This document shows positions 37,950-50,292 of a stretch of 64,000 nt of DNA, piece after piece. How positions within the stretch are numbered: position 1 is the first letter of the stretch; each line of letters opens with the position of its first letter. The stretch comes from Balanoglossus misakiensis (Eukaryota; Animalia; Hemichordata): the NCBI GenBank assembly GCA_040954595.2, contig CM082591.2, positions 4,015,957 through 4,079,956 of the forward strand, in the 5' to 3' direction. Both the position numbers and the translations under genes were made by a program. Under the pieces are notes generated by a model. It ran no database searches and was not told where the DNA came from. It was given only the letters and a program-made list of their open reading frames with translations.

Positions 37950-39076
37950 ATCAAAATAGTTCTACTTGCAACACTATCCGACTTCAAAAAACCTGGAAAG
38001 AAAAAAATGCCACGATTAGACAGTTCGTGGTATACTACATCACATCATGGACGCCATGTTGACAGGAGAATATATTCAACATGGCGGATTACGAACGTAC
38101 GTCACAGCCACTAGCTCAGTGCTGTCTGTTTACTGACAACTACCACTTCAACTAGAGCGTAATAAATTAAAGATAAACACTTCACCAGTTGGATAAACAA
38201 CAAACGATGTCACAAATGAAAGAACGTATAAAATAGAGAGTTTTCAATTGTTACTTTGACATTGAATATTCGTATAAGGGCAACAGGTTTGTTAAATGTG
38301 TTCCCTTTTCGCTAGACTTTGAAATGATTTTCCCCCGAGTGTCAAACAACGCAACGAAATTCTCTTTTTGTATATCAGTCAGTGGAGCACGAACCATAAC
38401 ATTTGAATTTATCCTGTTAAATCAGGATCACTGGATATTTGCGTTGTTGTTTTTACGACCATGTGATATCCACGTCTCACGCTATAATAATATGCCATCT
38501 AATATGCACGGGACTGTCCGGGTCGTGAAACTACCCCAACTGATAAACGTTATACTTGATTTTATAATGACAATAAAACACTGGTTCGTTAATCTGCTTG
38601 ACATCAACTGTATCCTCTGATGAAAAACGGGGAAATTCAACTTACCGCCTGTTTCATCAATGTTCGGGTCGAAACTCTGTCAAAATTCGGTGTTCTCCGG
38701 CAACGGTTATGTCAGCACCTTTGCTAGGACAAATTGTCTACTTCCATATTGACCCCGTCATTGTAATAATCAGAAAGGAAGACAGAGAAAAAGATAAAAA
38801 AAAACGCGGCATCGATAAATCAGTGAGGGTAGGCTGATTACCATATATGGAAATTAACAGCTGACGCACGTAACATATGTTTTCTTGGTGGCCATTAAAC
38901 TCTCTGATTGTCACACTTAAAGTTCTATTATTCATATTGTCGACGATATTTCTTTTTATTCAAATATTTAGAATTTGAAATCCTGAGAAATGCATTACAC
39001 TTGGATCATCAGAATTAGGGATTTATCTAGAAAGATGTGAATATTTTTATTCAATAACTTGAATTCAATCGGGAAC

Positions 39077-39086
39077 GTGACGTCAC
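39077..39086. promoter_or_regulatory. CRE/ATF palindrome GTGACGTCAC upstream of the 347-aa UST-like gene
   Basis: Perfect 10-bp palindrome ~430 bp upstream of the candidate first-exon donor; the same 10-mer occurs at 50001. Confidence 0.35.
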
Positions 39087-41906
39087 ACATATACCTTGAA
39101 TACATCACGGATTAAAACTTCCCCGTTGTTTGAATGCGCTCAAATATTACCATGGAGACGCCACAAACGTTGACGCAATTGGTAAAAAATGGCGATTTAA
39201 ATGACTTCATGATAGAATTAAAATATTTGTAAACATGAATAGGATTAATAAGTGAATGTGACATTGAGCTTGCACTTTGTGATAATAATTCATCCAACAT
39301 TTCAAAAGCCATTGGACATAGTTGACTTCGTGACTTGATGGGTGTCCTGGACACAACCTCCGTTGACCTTACAAATGCACGCGCACACATTAAGAAAAAC
39401 ACAAAAAAGTAAGCGCATAAACTACGTAGGATAATAGCTTTCTTGTGGATGGATGGATGGACAGAAAGACAGACAGAAAGACAGAAGTGTTTGGTACGGT
39501 TTAACACTACCTCTGTAACTTTTATCAAAAAATCATAAATTCGCGCAGCCGTAAAAGTCACAGATGTATCGATTTATTAGAAGTGAGAACTTTACGAAGA
39601 GATATCCTCTGTAAGCTTACTGTTTATACTATCTTTGAATTCTTTTCACTGCCCCCACGTGTTGGGTAATTTTTGTGTAAAGGTTACATATTCTGAATAC
39701 ATTTATGAACGAAAGGCGTTAAAATGAATATGTCACAGTTGGCCTAATGAAAAGACCAGCCGATAATAAGTAAACGCTTTCGTCATGAGTTGCCCATTGA
39801 TATTTAAATATTTGCATTTAAACTAGCTGACCTAACAGTTTGTGTTGGGAGTGGCGATAAATAACCGCATTCGTGTAGACCGTTGCTCCAAATATCATCT
39901 ATAATTTCCAATGGTTATGTTTTGTGGATGAACCGACGTTTCTTGGTCGAGTCCGTGCGGTATGCATGGGGGAACTACTCAGAATTTAACTTGCCATCGT
40001 GTCTGTAGTCTGTCAGCATTATTACAAATAAACTACATTGTTTCCACTAGTATAGAATATGAAATACACTTCACCACGTGTCATTTCTATATCTATTCTG
40101 GTCCTTGTCTACTGGACAAAGCGTTGTGCCAACAGAGCGGAAATCCGCCAGACAGCTGACGCCACACTCCACGGGCAGACAGCGTGATTTTAAATCTGCG
40201 GACCGCCGGCCCACGGCGTGATCACCTCGTGTACATGAGCGTTGTTTACGATCGACAAACCACAACAAGGTTTGGTTTGAGTATAGAAATAATTGACGGC
40301 GTCTGCTTGGATTTAAACGCGTGTTAATGAATGCTTCGGTTCCTGTACTTTCTCTGTGGTTTTACGGGGACGTGGTCGACGAATGGTCAGTGTCGGTTAA
40401 TTGACAGTACATGCACCCTGTTAAAAACACGAGCTTTAATATTAACATTTTTCATTACTATTGGCCAAAACACACGAGTACATTTGTACCAAGAAAGCCC
40501 GTTTGAAGTTATGCTAATTCCTTATCTGTATCTTGTGAGCCATTTTGGAGAGACATCTTTATTGAAATTGGCTACCAAATCAGTCCACGTGATTTGATGA
40601 TTTCATGCTTGATTGAGTGAATGTTAAATGTCAGTAACAGACTGACTGACAGACTGACAATTTTGCATTATAAATTATGCTTGTGTTCGATATTGCATTA
40701 TCAAACGTGAATTCGTTCGGAAATAATCCACAATTTGCCATCGAAGCACTAACAAGGCAGAAATGCTACAATCACTGCGTTGGAGGGGTCCGCGGGATAA
40801 TTCGTGCCGGTCATTCACATGGGGGCGCTGTACTATTAGTAAATGACGGCAAATGTCTAACAACTTTTTCTTTAGAATAATATTTGAGATATATCCTCCC
40901 AGGCTTGCCCCGAAGAAAATCCCTCGAAAAAAACCAACAAATTTTAGAGTACTATGATAAAATATTACAATGCATCAAGTCCAGATTAAGAATTATCAGA
41001 TGAACCAATTCATCTGCGTAATACATGTACGAACCAAACAGATGTGTTTACCAATCAGGAAAATAGTGCCCTCTACAGTCCGGTCCCCCATCAACACGAA
41101 GAATCAATATGGCGTCCTTCGCAAACACATGTACATGTATAAACATACACGTAATGTTTCCTACATTTATGCGCTGGTACAACTCACCTTCCTGTCATCT
41201 TGCACTTGTACTTCTTCTCTGCGGACTATTAACTTCGATGGAGGACAGGAATCGTTGACACCGAATGGATAAAACTGCACTTCCAAACAGCACGAACAGC
41301 TGGTCAGAATACATGTATACCCAACATAACACAGCCCTCCCAGAATGAAAGTACGCCCTCATTTGGTGACATGGATAATTCTTCTCCAATACCAAACACT
41401 GGACCGAGACAGAGAGTAAAATAATGTTTCCTGATCGAAGTTGCCGTTTTACTTTTTTGTAAGATTTTGATTTTGTCTTCAAATTTAAATTTCCACGCTG
41501 AATTTCCTTATGCTTCCAGTCACGGTCTGCATCATTCTCTCTGGACCACACTCAATTTTTTTCACTCCGCGTCTACAACTACAACACAGGCCACACTCAA
41601 ATGTACAAAACAATAAACTTTATTCTTTTGCGCGAACCAATCGTTCTAAATTTCCCACGAAATATTATATTCTTAAACAGCAGGTGGTAGAAGTTCTAGC
41701 AAAGGATGTGTCGAGATTTGCTGTTCAAGTTGGAGCTTCGATATTCAGGTTAAATGGGGAGATATACAATGTACATGTGGTCTCTTCATATTAAGGGACT
41801 GCACATTTGATTGTCGCTCATTATTCAAAGCCGCGCCTGGTTCCGCTGCGCGCGTCGACAGGCCCTTCTCTCTTAATTAATGACGTCACTCCACATGATT
41901 GTCGTG

Positions 41907-44900
41907 TCATCTGTCGTCGTCATTGTCGTCTGCTTGATGGTCCTCTGGTCTGTGTTCGTCTAAGAAAGTCTTCAGGAATCGTGATGTAATCTGATAGACA
42001 CACCTAAGACATAAACAATTCATAACAATTATCTTCATGAAGACGATTCATGAAGACGATTATAAAAACCACAATGAAATTTTGTGAATGTTCGATTGCT
42101 TTAGATGACCTCCCCTATGTCTAAATTATGTACTAAACTTCACTACATTTATTTAAAAGGATACCATTACCAGAAAGAGTTGAAAACCTGTCGTGAATGG
42201 TGACTAGAGCTACAATTTTGAGTGTTAATAACAGAACAAGTTTATGGAATACAAGAAAATGTGTCACATACCAACGATAGGTGTCGTCTGCTTGCCACAG
42301 TCTCTTGCTTGAACTGAACCAGTGTGGCATGTGGACCATGAATGTATTTGGAGACACTGAAAGCTTATAACTGAGAATACAATCAAGAGACAATTATTTA
42401 TTCGCATCTGTGTTCGTCAGTTATCTACTTATCTATTCCAAATCTATATCATTCATATTCAAGTCTATGTAAAATACTGATGAATGAAATGATTGTAATG
42501 TGGTGAAAACAAAACAAAATCTCATATGGGTAGTGTGGTCACCATAACGACATTGGTCACAGATATTTCTATAGAAAGAGACGTAGCTAAATTATGATCA
42601 AAGACTCAATGTTTATATGCAAATAAAGGAAGTATGGAAGAAAAATGGAAACCTACCCTAGTATTTTCAACATCTGAGTGTAAATAATTTTATCTCTCCC
42701 CATTCCTGAGAACAACAGAGGGAACTCTGGGAGATTGCGTTTACTGAGAACGAGGTAAGGCTCGTAACCCAGCTTCCAATTCACCTGTGAATAATCGAAG
42801 GTAGATCTGATGACGTATTGGTAGAGGACAGGAGAGATTTAACCTCCATATAACCATATAAGGTAAAAGGGCGTGTCTGGGCCTTCTTGTATGTCTATTT
42901 ATATTCATACACATGTTTATGTATTCCATACATCTGCCAGTGGCATACTCACCGAATATGGTGTATTTGTCTTCGTCCATTTTGTAAAATTTGTCGCTTC
43001 GTGGCCCTTTGGGAAATCTAGTGAGCTTTAAAAACAGGGAAAATATGATCTTAAAAGCTAATGGCTGCCGACTAAACCAATGCAAAAGGTCGCGTGCTCT
43101 TTCGTGTCATCATTGAACATGGTGTAAGGACAGTGTGGATGAAAGTTTAACCGACTTTGAGGTCGAGAACCTTCCTGTTGGCGCCATCTGGCAAGTAAGC
43201 TCGATCGTGCCGTTAGAAGTTTGGATTAACCCCGAGCGACAAATGGCACTCGACAATGGGCTCTTGACTGTCTGCATTCTCCGCGAGATTAGCCTGACAA
43301 AACGGTTGTCAATAAAACTGTTTATTATCTTATGTGCCTTTGTGTCTGTAGCACATACCGTTTGCTTGAGTACACGTCACACAACATGGAAAATCAATAG
43401 GATGTGTAACCCAATGGATACATTGAGTGCACGAGAGTGCTACGCATGCGCTCATACAAAGCCGCCATTTTAATTACTTACTGGTAAAATCTTAACTTGT
43501 CGTCTGAATACAATCGTTTCAGTTCATTCTTGGACTTCGGAACATAAGAAAGATTCAGCTGGTCCGTCTCGAAAGCAGGAACAATGATCGCCTTTAATAA
43601 ACGTAAACATGACAGACTTGTTTGAATCACAAACTTTGTGTTGACATTGCTACTTATATGCAAATTAAAGTATAACTTCCATAGTCCCTATGCAAATTTC
43701 AGTATCTTGTCCACATTTAAAGTGAAACGTCACTTATGTTAATCAAATTTACTATTGTAGTCAATGATAATAAACTGCGGAGATCAAGTTGGCAATGATT
43801 CCAATGTAGATTTCTTGGAGAATTACATTACCTGGTTGGCGGTTTCTTCAGCTTTGAGTAAAAATCCAAGACGCCGTCTATGAAAACATCGGAACAAAAC
43901 AATACGAATGACTACAATAGATCACTGATAACAGAATATGAAAGAGGTATCGTTTTCTGAAATTGGGAACACAGGTGTGATTGTAATATATGATGTGACT
44001 ATACCTTAGATCTTCATATATTGTTGGTTTATACAGAAAGTCGATTTCGCTGATGTAAACAAATGGAGTCCTTACTGCCCTCAGTGCAATATTTCGCATA
44101 TGATTAAACGGGTATTGTTTCTGCAAAATAAGTTTGAGACAATTTATAATTTAGTGCGATAATGAATCATTTATATATAGCAAGATTTGTCGGTTAATCA
44201 ACAAGGCTGTCGGTGATTGGATTACCAGTTCCGTTAGCTGAAATAAACAATCATGACACATCTATGCTCTTATGCCATCTGACATGCAGCGATTCGCTTA
44301 AACAATACATGTGACCGTGTATGCTTACCAATGATCTGTCCTCAAACCCAATATGAAAAGCGATATCGTTCCTCGTCTTCAGTATCCTCGATGAAGTTGC
44401 AAATTTCAGGATCTCGTGAACTTGCCTGTCGTTTGCATATACAGCCAAACTGATGGGACCTTCGGAGGGTGAGAGAGTGTTCTTTAACAACATAGATTTC
44501 TTGATATGCATTTTCACAGTCAAGTACTGTGATGTTATTCATTGAATTTCCCCACAGTTCCGTGTATACAGTTTTATCACAATAAGTATACCACCCCTTC
44601 CCTTTAACCAATATAAGAATCACCCACATTCCTCATATACATGCTTCTACTTCAGTGGAAACAAAGTAAAAGAAAAAAAAGGAATATTTATGAGTTAAAC
44701 GTTCCTAGTAGCGGTACATACCTGTCCAGTAAGTGGCTACCATCTCTGACATCTGTATCAACCGATTGTAGTCGGTCTGCAGTGTCAGTGTTACGTCATT
44801 AGGGGCTGTGTCTTCCTATAAACAGAAAACAAAATTATCAGGACACGAATTTTACATGAACATTGACAATATGAATACAGTAAACCACAAGACAGAAAAA

Positions 44901-47900
44901 ATAGATCTCATTCGCCAATGGACATGTAAACTACTTACCGGCAGATTACCTATGAAGAATGGGTGAGTCCTCAAAACCAAATTTTCACGCTTATAGAAAT
45001 CCGAGCACAGAATCCTAGGGTCCCGCCTTCCTGGTTTCTGTGAAGATCAATTCAAACATTTAGTTTGCGTGGCCGCTAACAGAATACTACCCGTGTGTCA
45101 CGGGTAAGGTGGTGCAACGCCGGAAGTAAAGGGGCTCTGAATGACACCGGAAGTAAATGGGACGCTGACATGTCCACAATTGTCGTTCAATATATACCAT
45201 CGCTTTTTGTGTTCTTGCTCATACGAGACGGGTGCAAAATAGACTGGGGTAAACATATAATTTGGCACGCTTTCTGGGTCGGACACTTTGTAGCTATGGA
45301 CTCACGCGGCGCCTTCTGAAATATAGAGAGCGCCACTAGCGACAGATCTTCAAGCCCTTTCAAAGCCTAAGAAACAAATGCTATCTGTCGATGTTTTTCA
45401 CTCACATGTTGTTCCGGCTCTCTCGTTTCCGTTGGATGCACTTTCAGTATCTCCGTTGCCAGGTTACAGGACACGTTCCTCTGACGCAGCAAGTTCCCGT
45501 CCAAATCCTGAATGCCGTACAGAACCGTCTTGAAGTAAATCCGTCGCTCGTATCCCATCTGTCCGTCTTCTTCGATGACTGTCTTGGAGTTGAAGCTCAG
45601 CACTTCGGACACGCGGTCAAAACACTGTGTACATTATTGAAATACATGATATGGCAATTAGCAATCAAGGTCGCCCATCTGGTGAAATGTCCTCAGTCAA
45701 TACACCATATGTTCCCAGATTTAAATGGCACATGTTTACAAAATTAAGGTTTCCTTCGCCTGATGTTTCACTATGATCATACACTTGCATACTAGCTCAG
45801 TCAATATATCCTATATATGTTTTAAATACCAGTTGTTCTTATACGTATAGTTGGTACTCACCCGGAATGTCGTTTCAATATACCAAAAACAAGGCAATAA
45901 ATGGATGACTTTGTTATCCTCCTCTGTAAATGACTTCCACAGTTTCTGGAAGAAAGAAAATGATTTTTAAAAAGATTCTTTGTGTTGAACATACATATAC
46001 CTATAGACAGTGGTTTTCTGAGTCACGTTTTATGGTGACATCATCGACACAAACAAACCGTTGCTAGTTTACTAATAGTGAGAAAACCTGTCACACGGTA
46101 AGCGCATACAATTTAATCCATTCACTGAGTGCTGAAACAGAAACGCGGTAACAATAGCTGTAATGTCTCACTTCGCGTGCTGATGGGCTTTCTGCGGTTA
46201 TTACTCAGTTTGCAACACAAACGGAAAATATCATAATATTATCTGTGTTATTGATTGATATGTGGCCGCCCTGAAGATAACAGGTTGCACTGTGATCGAG
46301 CGACAAAACTAATTTCTCTACACATACCTTCTCTGAAAAAAACATAACGTGCATGTAGCATATACATTGTTTTCTTTTATTAACACGTTGACATTATACT
46401 GAGATCCCGCGCTCTTTTGAAATGTTTAATATCAGTTACCTTCATCGACGACCTTTGGTGATATCCGGTGTCAGTAATTTTGGTTTCTATGGCAACATCT
46501 GTGAGTATATTCGTCATTTCCTGCTTTTCCATCTTTTCGACGTCCATCAGCACTAATCCTCTGTTGAACGGATTAGCGTCCCAAAGTGTCCCGACCAGTC
46601 CGACGAATTCACGGGATCCGAAATGGTAGATCTCGTTCCAGATAACTTTCAGATCCACGGTGAAAATTGTCCTCGGTTCCGTCAAAATTAGCTATTTTTC
46701 ACGAAAAGAAAATATAAGTTCAAAAAGTTGTGAACGAAAACTTTCTCCCCAATGCCCAGACTTCAGCTAATGGCGGTAACATTTCAATCGGAGTATTCAA
46801 AATTATATTTCTCATTTGACAAACTTTATGTAGGTAGGTCGACGATGAGGTGGTACGACCCTATAACATGTCAACATGAACGGCGTCGAGTGTTATAGGT
46901 CAGAAACGGATTAACCCCTTATTTACCGGATGCATTCAGTGTGGCGGGAACTTCGTGACCTTGCCTACGCATTCTCGCTAAAGTTTGCCTGTAAACTACG
47001 ATTGTTTATTCTCATGCAAATGAGGATATTTTTAGAGTCTGTTTGTCACATTTGGTGTGAGTGAAGCGCACTAAACTCCTACTACAAGGCAAACATTAAT
47101 AGCAAGGCCACATACCTTTGAAAACGGCCGTTTTTCACTCTTTACTACAGCTGTGAAGTTTTCAGGTGAATATATGTGAACATCTGAAAATTTTAAAAAC
47201 ATCATGAAAACATTAGTAGTATATTCTTCATTATAAGGCCAGAAAAACGCATATATGTTAACCAATCAGAACGCTTGATACTTTGTGATTGGTTAACAAA
47301 CATGTCAACCAATCAGAACGCGTGATACGTTGTGCGTGCAGTGGCAAAATTGGTCAGTTCCTCGTCGATGGTCCGGATGAGCTCCTTACCTTGCAATAGA
47401 CGCCATGTTGAAAATAATGTATGCAAAGTATCGTTGACTTGTTTGTCGTCGACAATGAGGTGAAACTGCACAGGGTTTGTTCGGCGGACAAGAACTGACT
47501 TGACCAGACTACTCAGCGATCGCACAGACTCGAGATCCAGTACACAAACTAGGATGTGGATTGTCTGTTGGGCAAGAGAGGAAAGAGAAATTCAAACATA
47601 ATCATACCAATCCTCATTCAAATATCACACTTACAGTTAACAGAGTCCATTGCAAATAATGAATTTTAGTGTCCCAAAACAGAATGAAATGTGAAACATG
47701 TCTAAATTGTTGCAGCTGTGAGCACGGTCAGTATATGTGAGCCATCTGAACAATAATCTTTAATATGAATCTGAGTCGTCTGTGAATTGGTGTGAAATGT
47801 CACGTTCAATTTAACCAGGCACAGCAGCTGTGCAGTTTGCAGGTCACGTGCTCCAAATAGGTACATTTTTACAAAGACATGGTAGATAGGTTGGAAAAGT

Positions 47901-49482
47901 GGTCTTTTATTCGCTCGGGGCTGGGAAGGGCAGTCGTCTTAATTGAAATTTCTTTTTATAACACATTTGAATATTAATTGGAATATTAAATTGGAAATGT
48001 GATAGACGGTAACGACGCACGGTTTGCCATGTTGTATAGTGTAATACAAAATAACTACATGACACTGTTTCTATAAAACTTTCTACACATCTCTTCTCTT
48101 TGGTAATCGGTACCAGCATAAATTCCCAAATGTTTATTTCAGTGCTGTGGTTTCTGTGATTAGCAAATTGAATTACATTTCTTATACCGCGGTAACCAAA
48201 ATAACACTATTTTCGAATGAACATAAAATTGTGATGGTATCGCTTCTACGAAACTGGCTGGAAACGATTATTTTGAAGGTACCTGCTGCCTTTTCCATTA
48301 ATAACGTATCCAATTGAGAAAATATGAGACATTTAAATGGTTCCTTAGAACTATACAGATAATGTAGAATGAACAACTGTTTACTGATGTCCACTATGTG
48401 TGCAACGTTTAGCACAATATTTTGATACGGCAGCATTTGCTTTGGCATCGCATATATATATGTCACTAACCTCGCACGGCACTGGATCAAAGTATATCGT
48501 TCTCTTTTGTAGTTCGATTGCAGTGTCGGGCCCGCCATATTGGTCACCTGTCATGACTGGAAGACAGAAGTGATTACACGTATTAGGGCACATATTTGAC
48601 ACCAACAGAAGTGAGAGAAGGTAACGTTGCTCAAGGAATGACAAGGCAATTTAAAAATTATATGGAATTGGACTGTTTATAATAACAACCACGGTCTCCA
48701 TTTTGTAAAGGTGACCAAGGTATGCAGTAAAAGTACGCTCTTGTCCACAGCTGTTGGGTCACTTTTCAAACGGTTCGATATTTTAATTTGGGGCACATTT
48801 TAGCAACATTTCATACTAGTAGTAAGTAAACATAACAAATAAAATAAAATCAAACAAAAAAAACCAAGTCATTTTAAAGATGTTTGCCAAGACAACGAAG
48901 TCGACTCATACATCGTGAACCCTAAGACCAATTTGAATATTTTAGTAGGCCTAACACAATGTTTATCGGCGTTGTCAAGTCCATCGCTAAGCCAAATGTC
49001 AGTATATATCCCTGAGTTTGGAACTGAAATCATGAAAATTAACGCAAACATAACTGCTGAGGCAGCATGAACACGCAAAGCAATCCATACTCCTTAATAC
49101 GCCACTATACTAAGTCTAGAAATGACAATAATATTCAAGAGCTATTGTAGTTGTCGTGAAAAAATGCCTATCAGTAAAATCAATTGCTCGAAGCGTGAAT
49201 AATGCAAGAGGTGCTGTAAACAGCTGGTTAGCATAAAAAATTTGATGAAATTGTGAAGTTGCTTTGATCAGTATTTGCTTCGATTTTTCTATTGGCAATA
49301 TAACTATTGTGACTTCTTTTCTGTATGATAGGGACTAGTCGTGTGAGAAAAAATTAACACAATTCTTAATTATTTAAGTAAGAGCCATGACGAAACTTAC
49401 CTAATAGGAAAGAAAATAATATACATGCTTGGAGACAGATACACACAGTAAAAACCGATATAGTCTTCCGGCTGGCAATCAT
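41907..49482 (-). CDS. LARGE1: LARGE-like (GT8 + GT49) glycosyltransferase paralogue A, 17 exons, ~649 aa
   Basis: Exons (minus strand): 49482-49401, 48547-48471, 47564-47390, 47183-47116, 46691-46440, 45945-45862, 45624-45406, 45037-44939, 44815-44722, 44459-44329, 44120-44005, 43877-43832, 43591-43482, 43025-42953, 42784-42657, 42370-42272, 42003-41907. All introns are GT-AG and the frame is continuous. Motifs: CETIHI, FHLIVDD, LPCFW, DGNLLR, RTHPFF, DVTL, GPISLAVY, YPFNHMRN, IVPAFE, KGHEATNF..W, YEPYLV, HMPH. AATAAA (-) at 41619-41624. Paralogue-like; orthology is not established. Confidence 0.85.
47257..47330. repeat. Small intronic inverted/tandem repeat (CCAAT-containing, MITE-like fragment)
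   Basis: 12-bp inverted repeat GTTAACCAATCA...TGATTGGTTAAC plus a direct duplication AACCAATCAGAACGC(T/G)TGATAC. Confidence 0.6.
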
Positions 49483-50292
49483 TCTTCACTGCGATTTGAA
49501 AGCGAAACTTGAACTTGGTCCGATCATTTTCTTCAAAGATTCCTGCGTTAGATCAAAACGCCAGAGATGCGATGCTTCCCAGAGCAGACAGCAACCATTT
49601 GGGCAGTCACAAATGCACGGAGACTACACGACCGACCCAGAATCCTACAACACGCAAAGGATGGTGGGAAAGGTTAGTTTTATGGTCTACTGCAAATAGT
49701 AGGGATTAGGCGGCAGATGTCGCGAAGTGGGCTGATACAGAATTTCATTTCAATGCAAAACATGTAAACTGAATAGAAATAAATCCATTGTTCTTGACAG
49801 GAAGTAGTATAATTTATCATCACCGGACAAGCGAATTGCATCATCCGACATCTGAATTCGCCGAATTATTTTGGAGGGAAGTCAGATTCAACCCCCACGT
49901 TATTTTGACTTGACTTTCAAATTGTCGTCTGCTTCGTTGCAAGCTGTTGTCACCCGAGTTGTGTTTGTGCGACGTAATCGGATTCTGCATGCATAAAATT
50001 GTGACGTCACTTCTGACGCACGGTGTTGACGACAGTACCCAAATCCCTTCCGGTCTTCACGTTTTCGTTTTCTTGCACACAATCGGTGTCTAAGTTGTCC
50101 TAGTTACCATGGAAATACAACGCCTTATAGTAGGACAGTTTTGAGAGAAGAATTCTGGAACCATGTGATGCACAAGAAATGTCTCGTCATCAAGCTGGTC
50201 CTCAAAAGTATCCAATGGAGCGCACTTTTGTTTAGTGCGGCGTACCGTCGTGTTGCGTGGACCACCATATTTTTGTCGGACCACACAAAATC
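49483..50292. promoter_or_regulatory. Putative bidirectional promoter between the two LARGE-like genes
   Basis: 810 bp between divergent ATGs; GTGACGTCAC at 50001-50010 followed by two TGACG half-sites; ETS-type CAGGAAGT (~49798) and CTTCCGG (~50047). Confidence 0.55.

Noticed and set aside
41188-41330. Strong minus-strand donor (AAG|GTGAGT at ~41187) suggesting another exon
   Set aside because: No convincing reading frame; it could be a non-coding leader exon of the 347-aa UST-like gene, but this cannot be supported without transcripts.
48188-48282. Possible extra exon of LARGE-like gene A (GTFKIIV...LVTA)
   Set aside because: Purine-rich acceptor and no counterpart in paralogue B; exon 48471-48547 matches B (YFD..CE) and keeps the frame.
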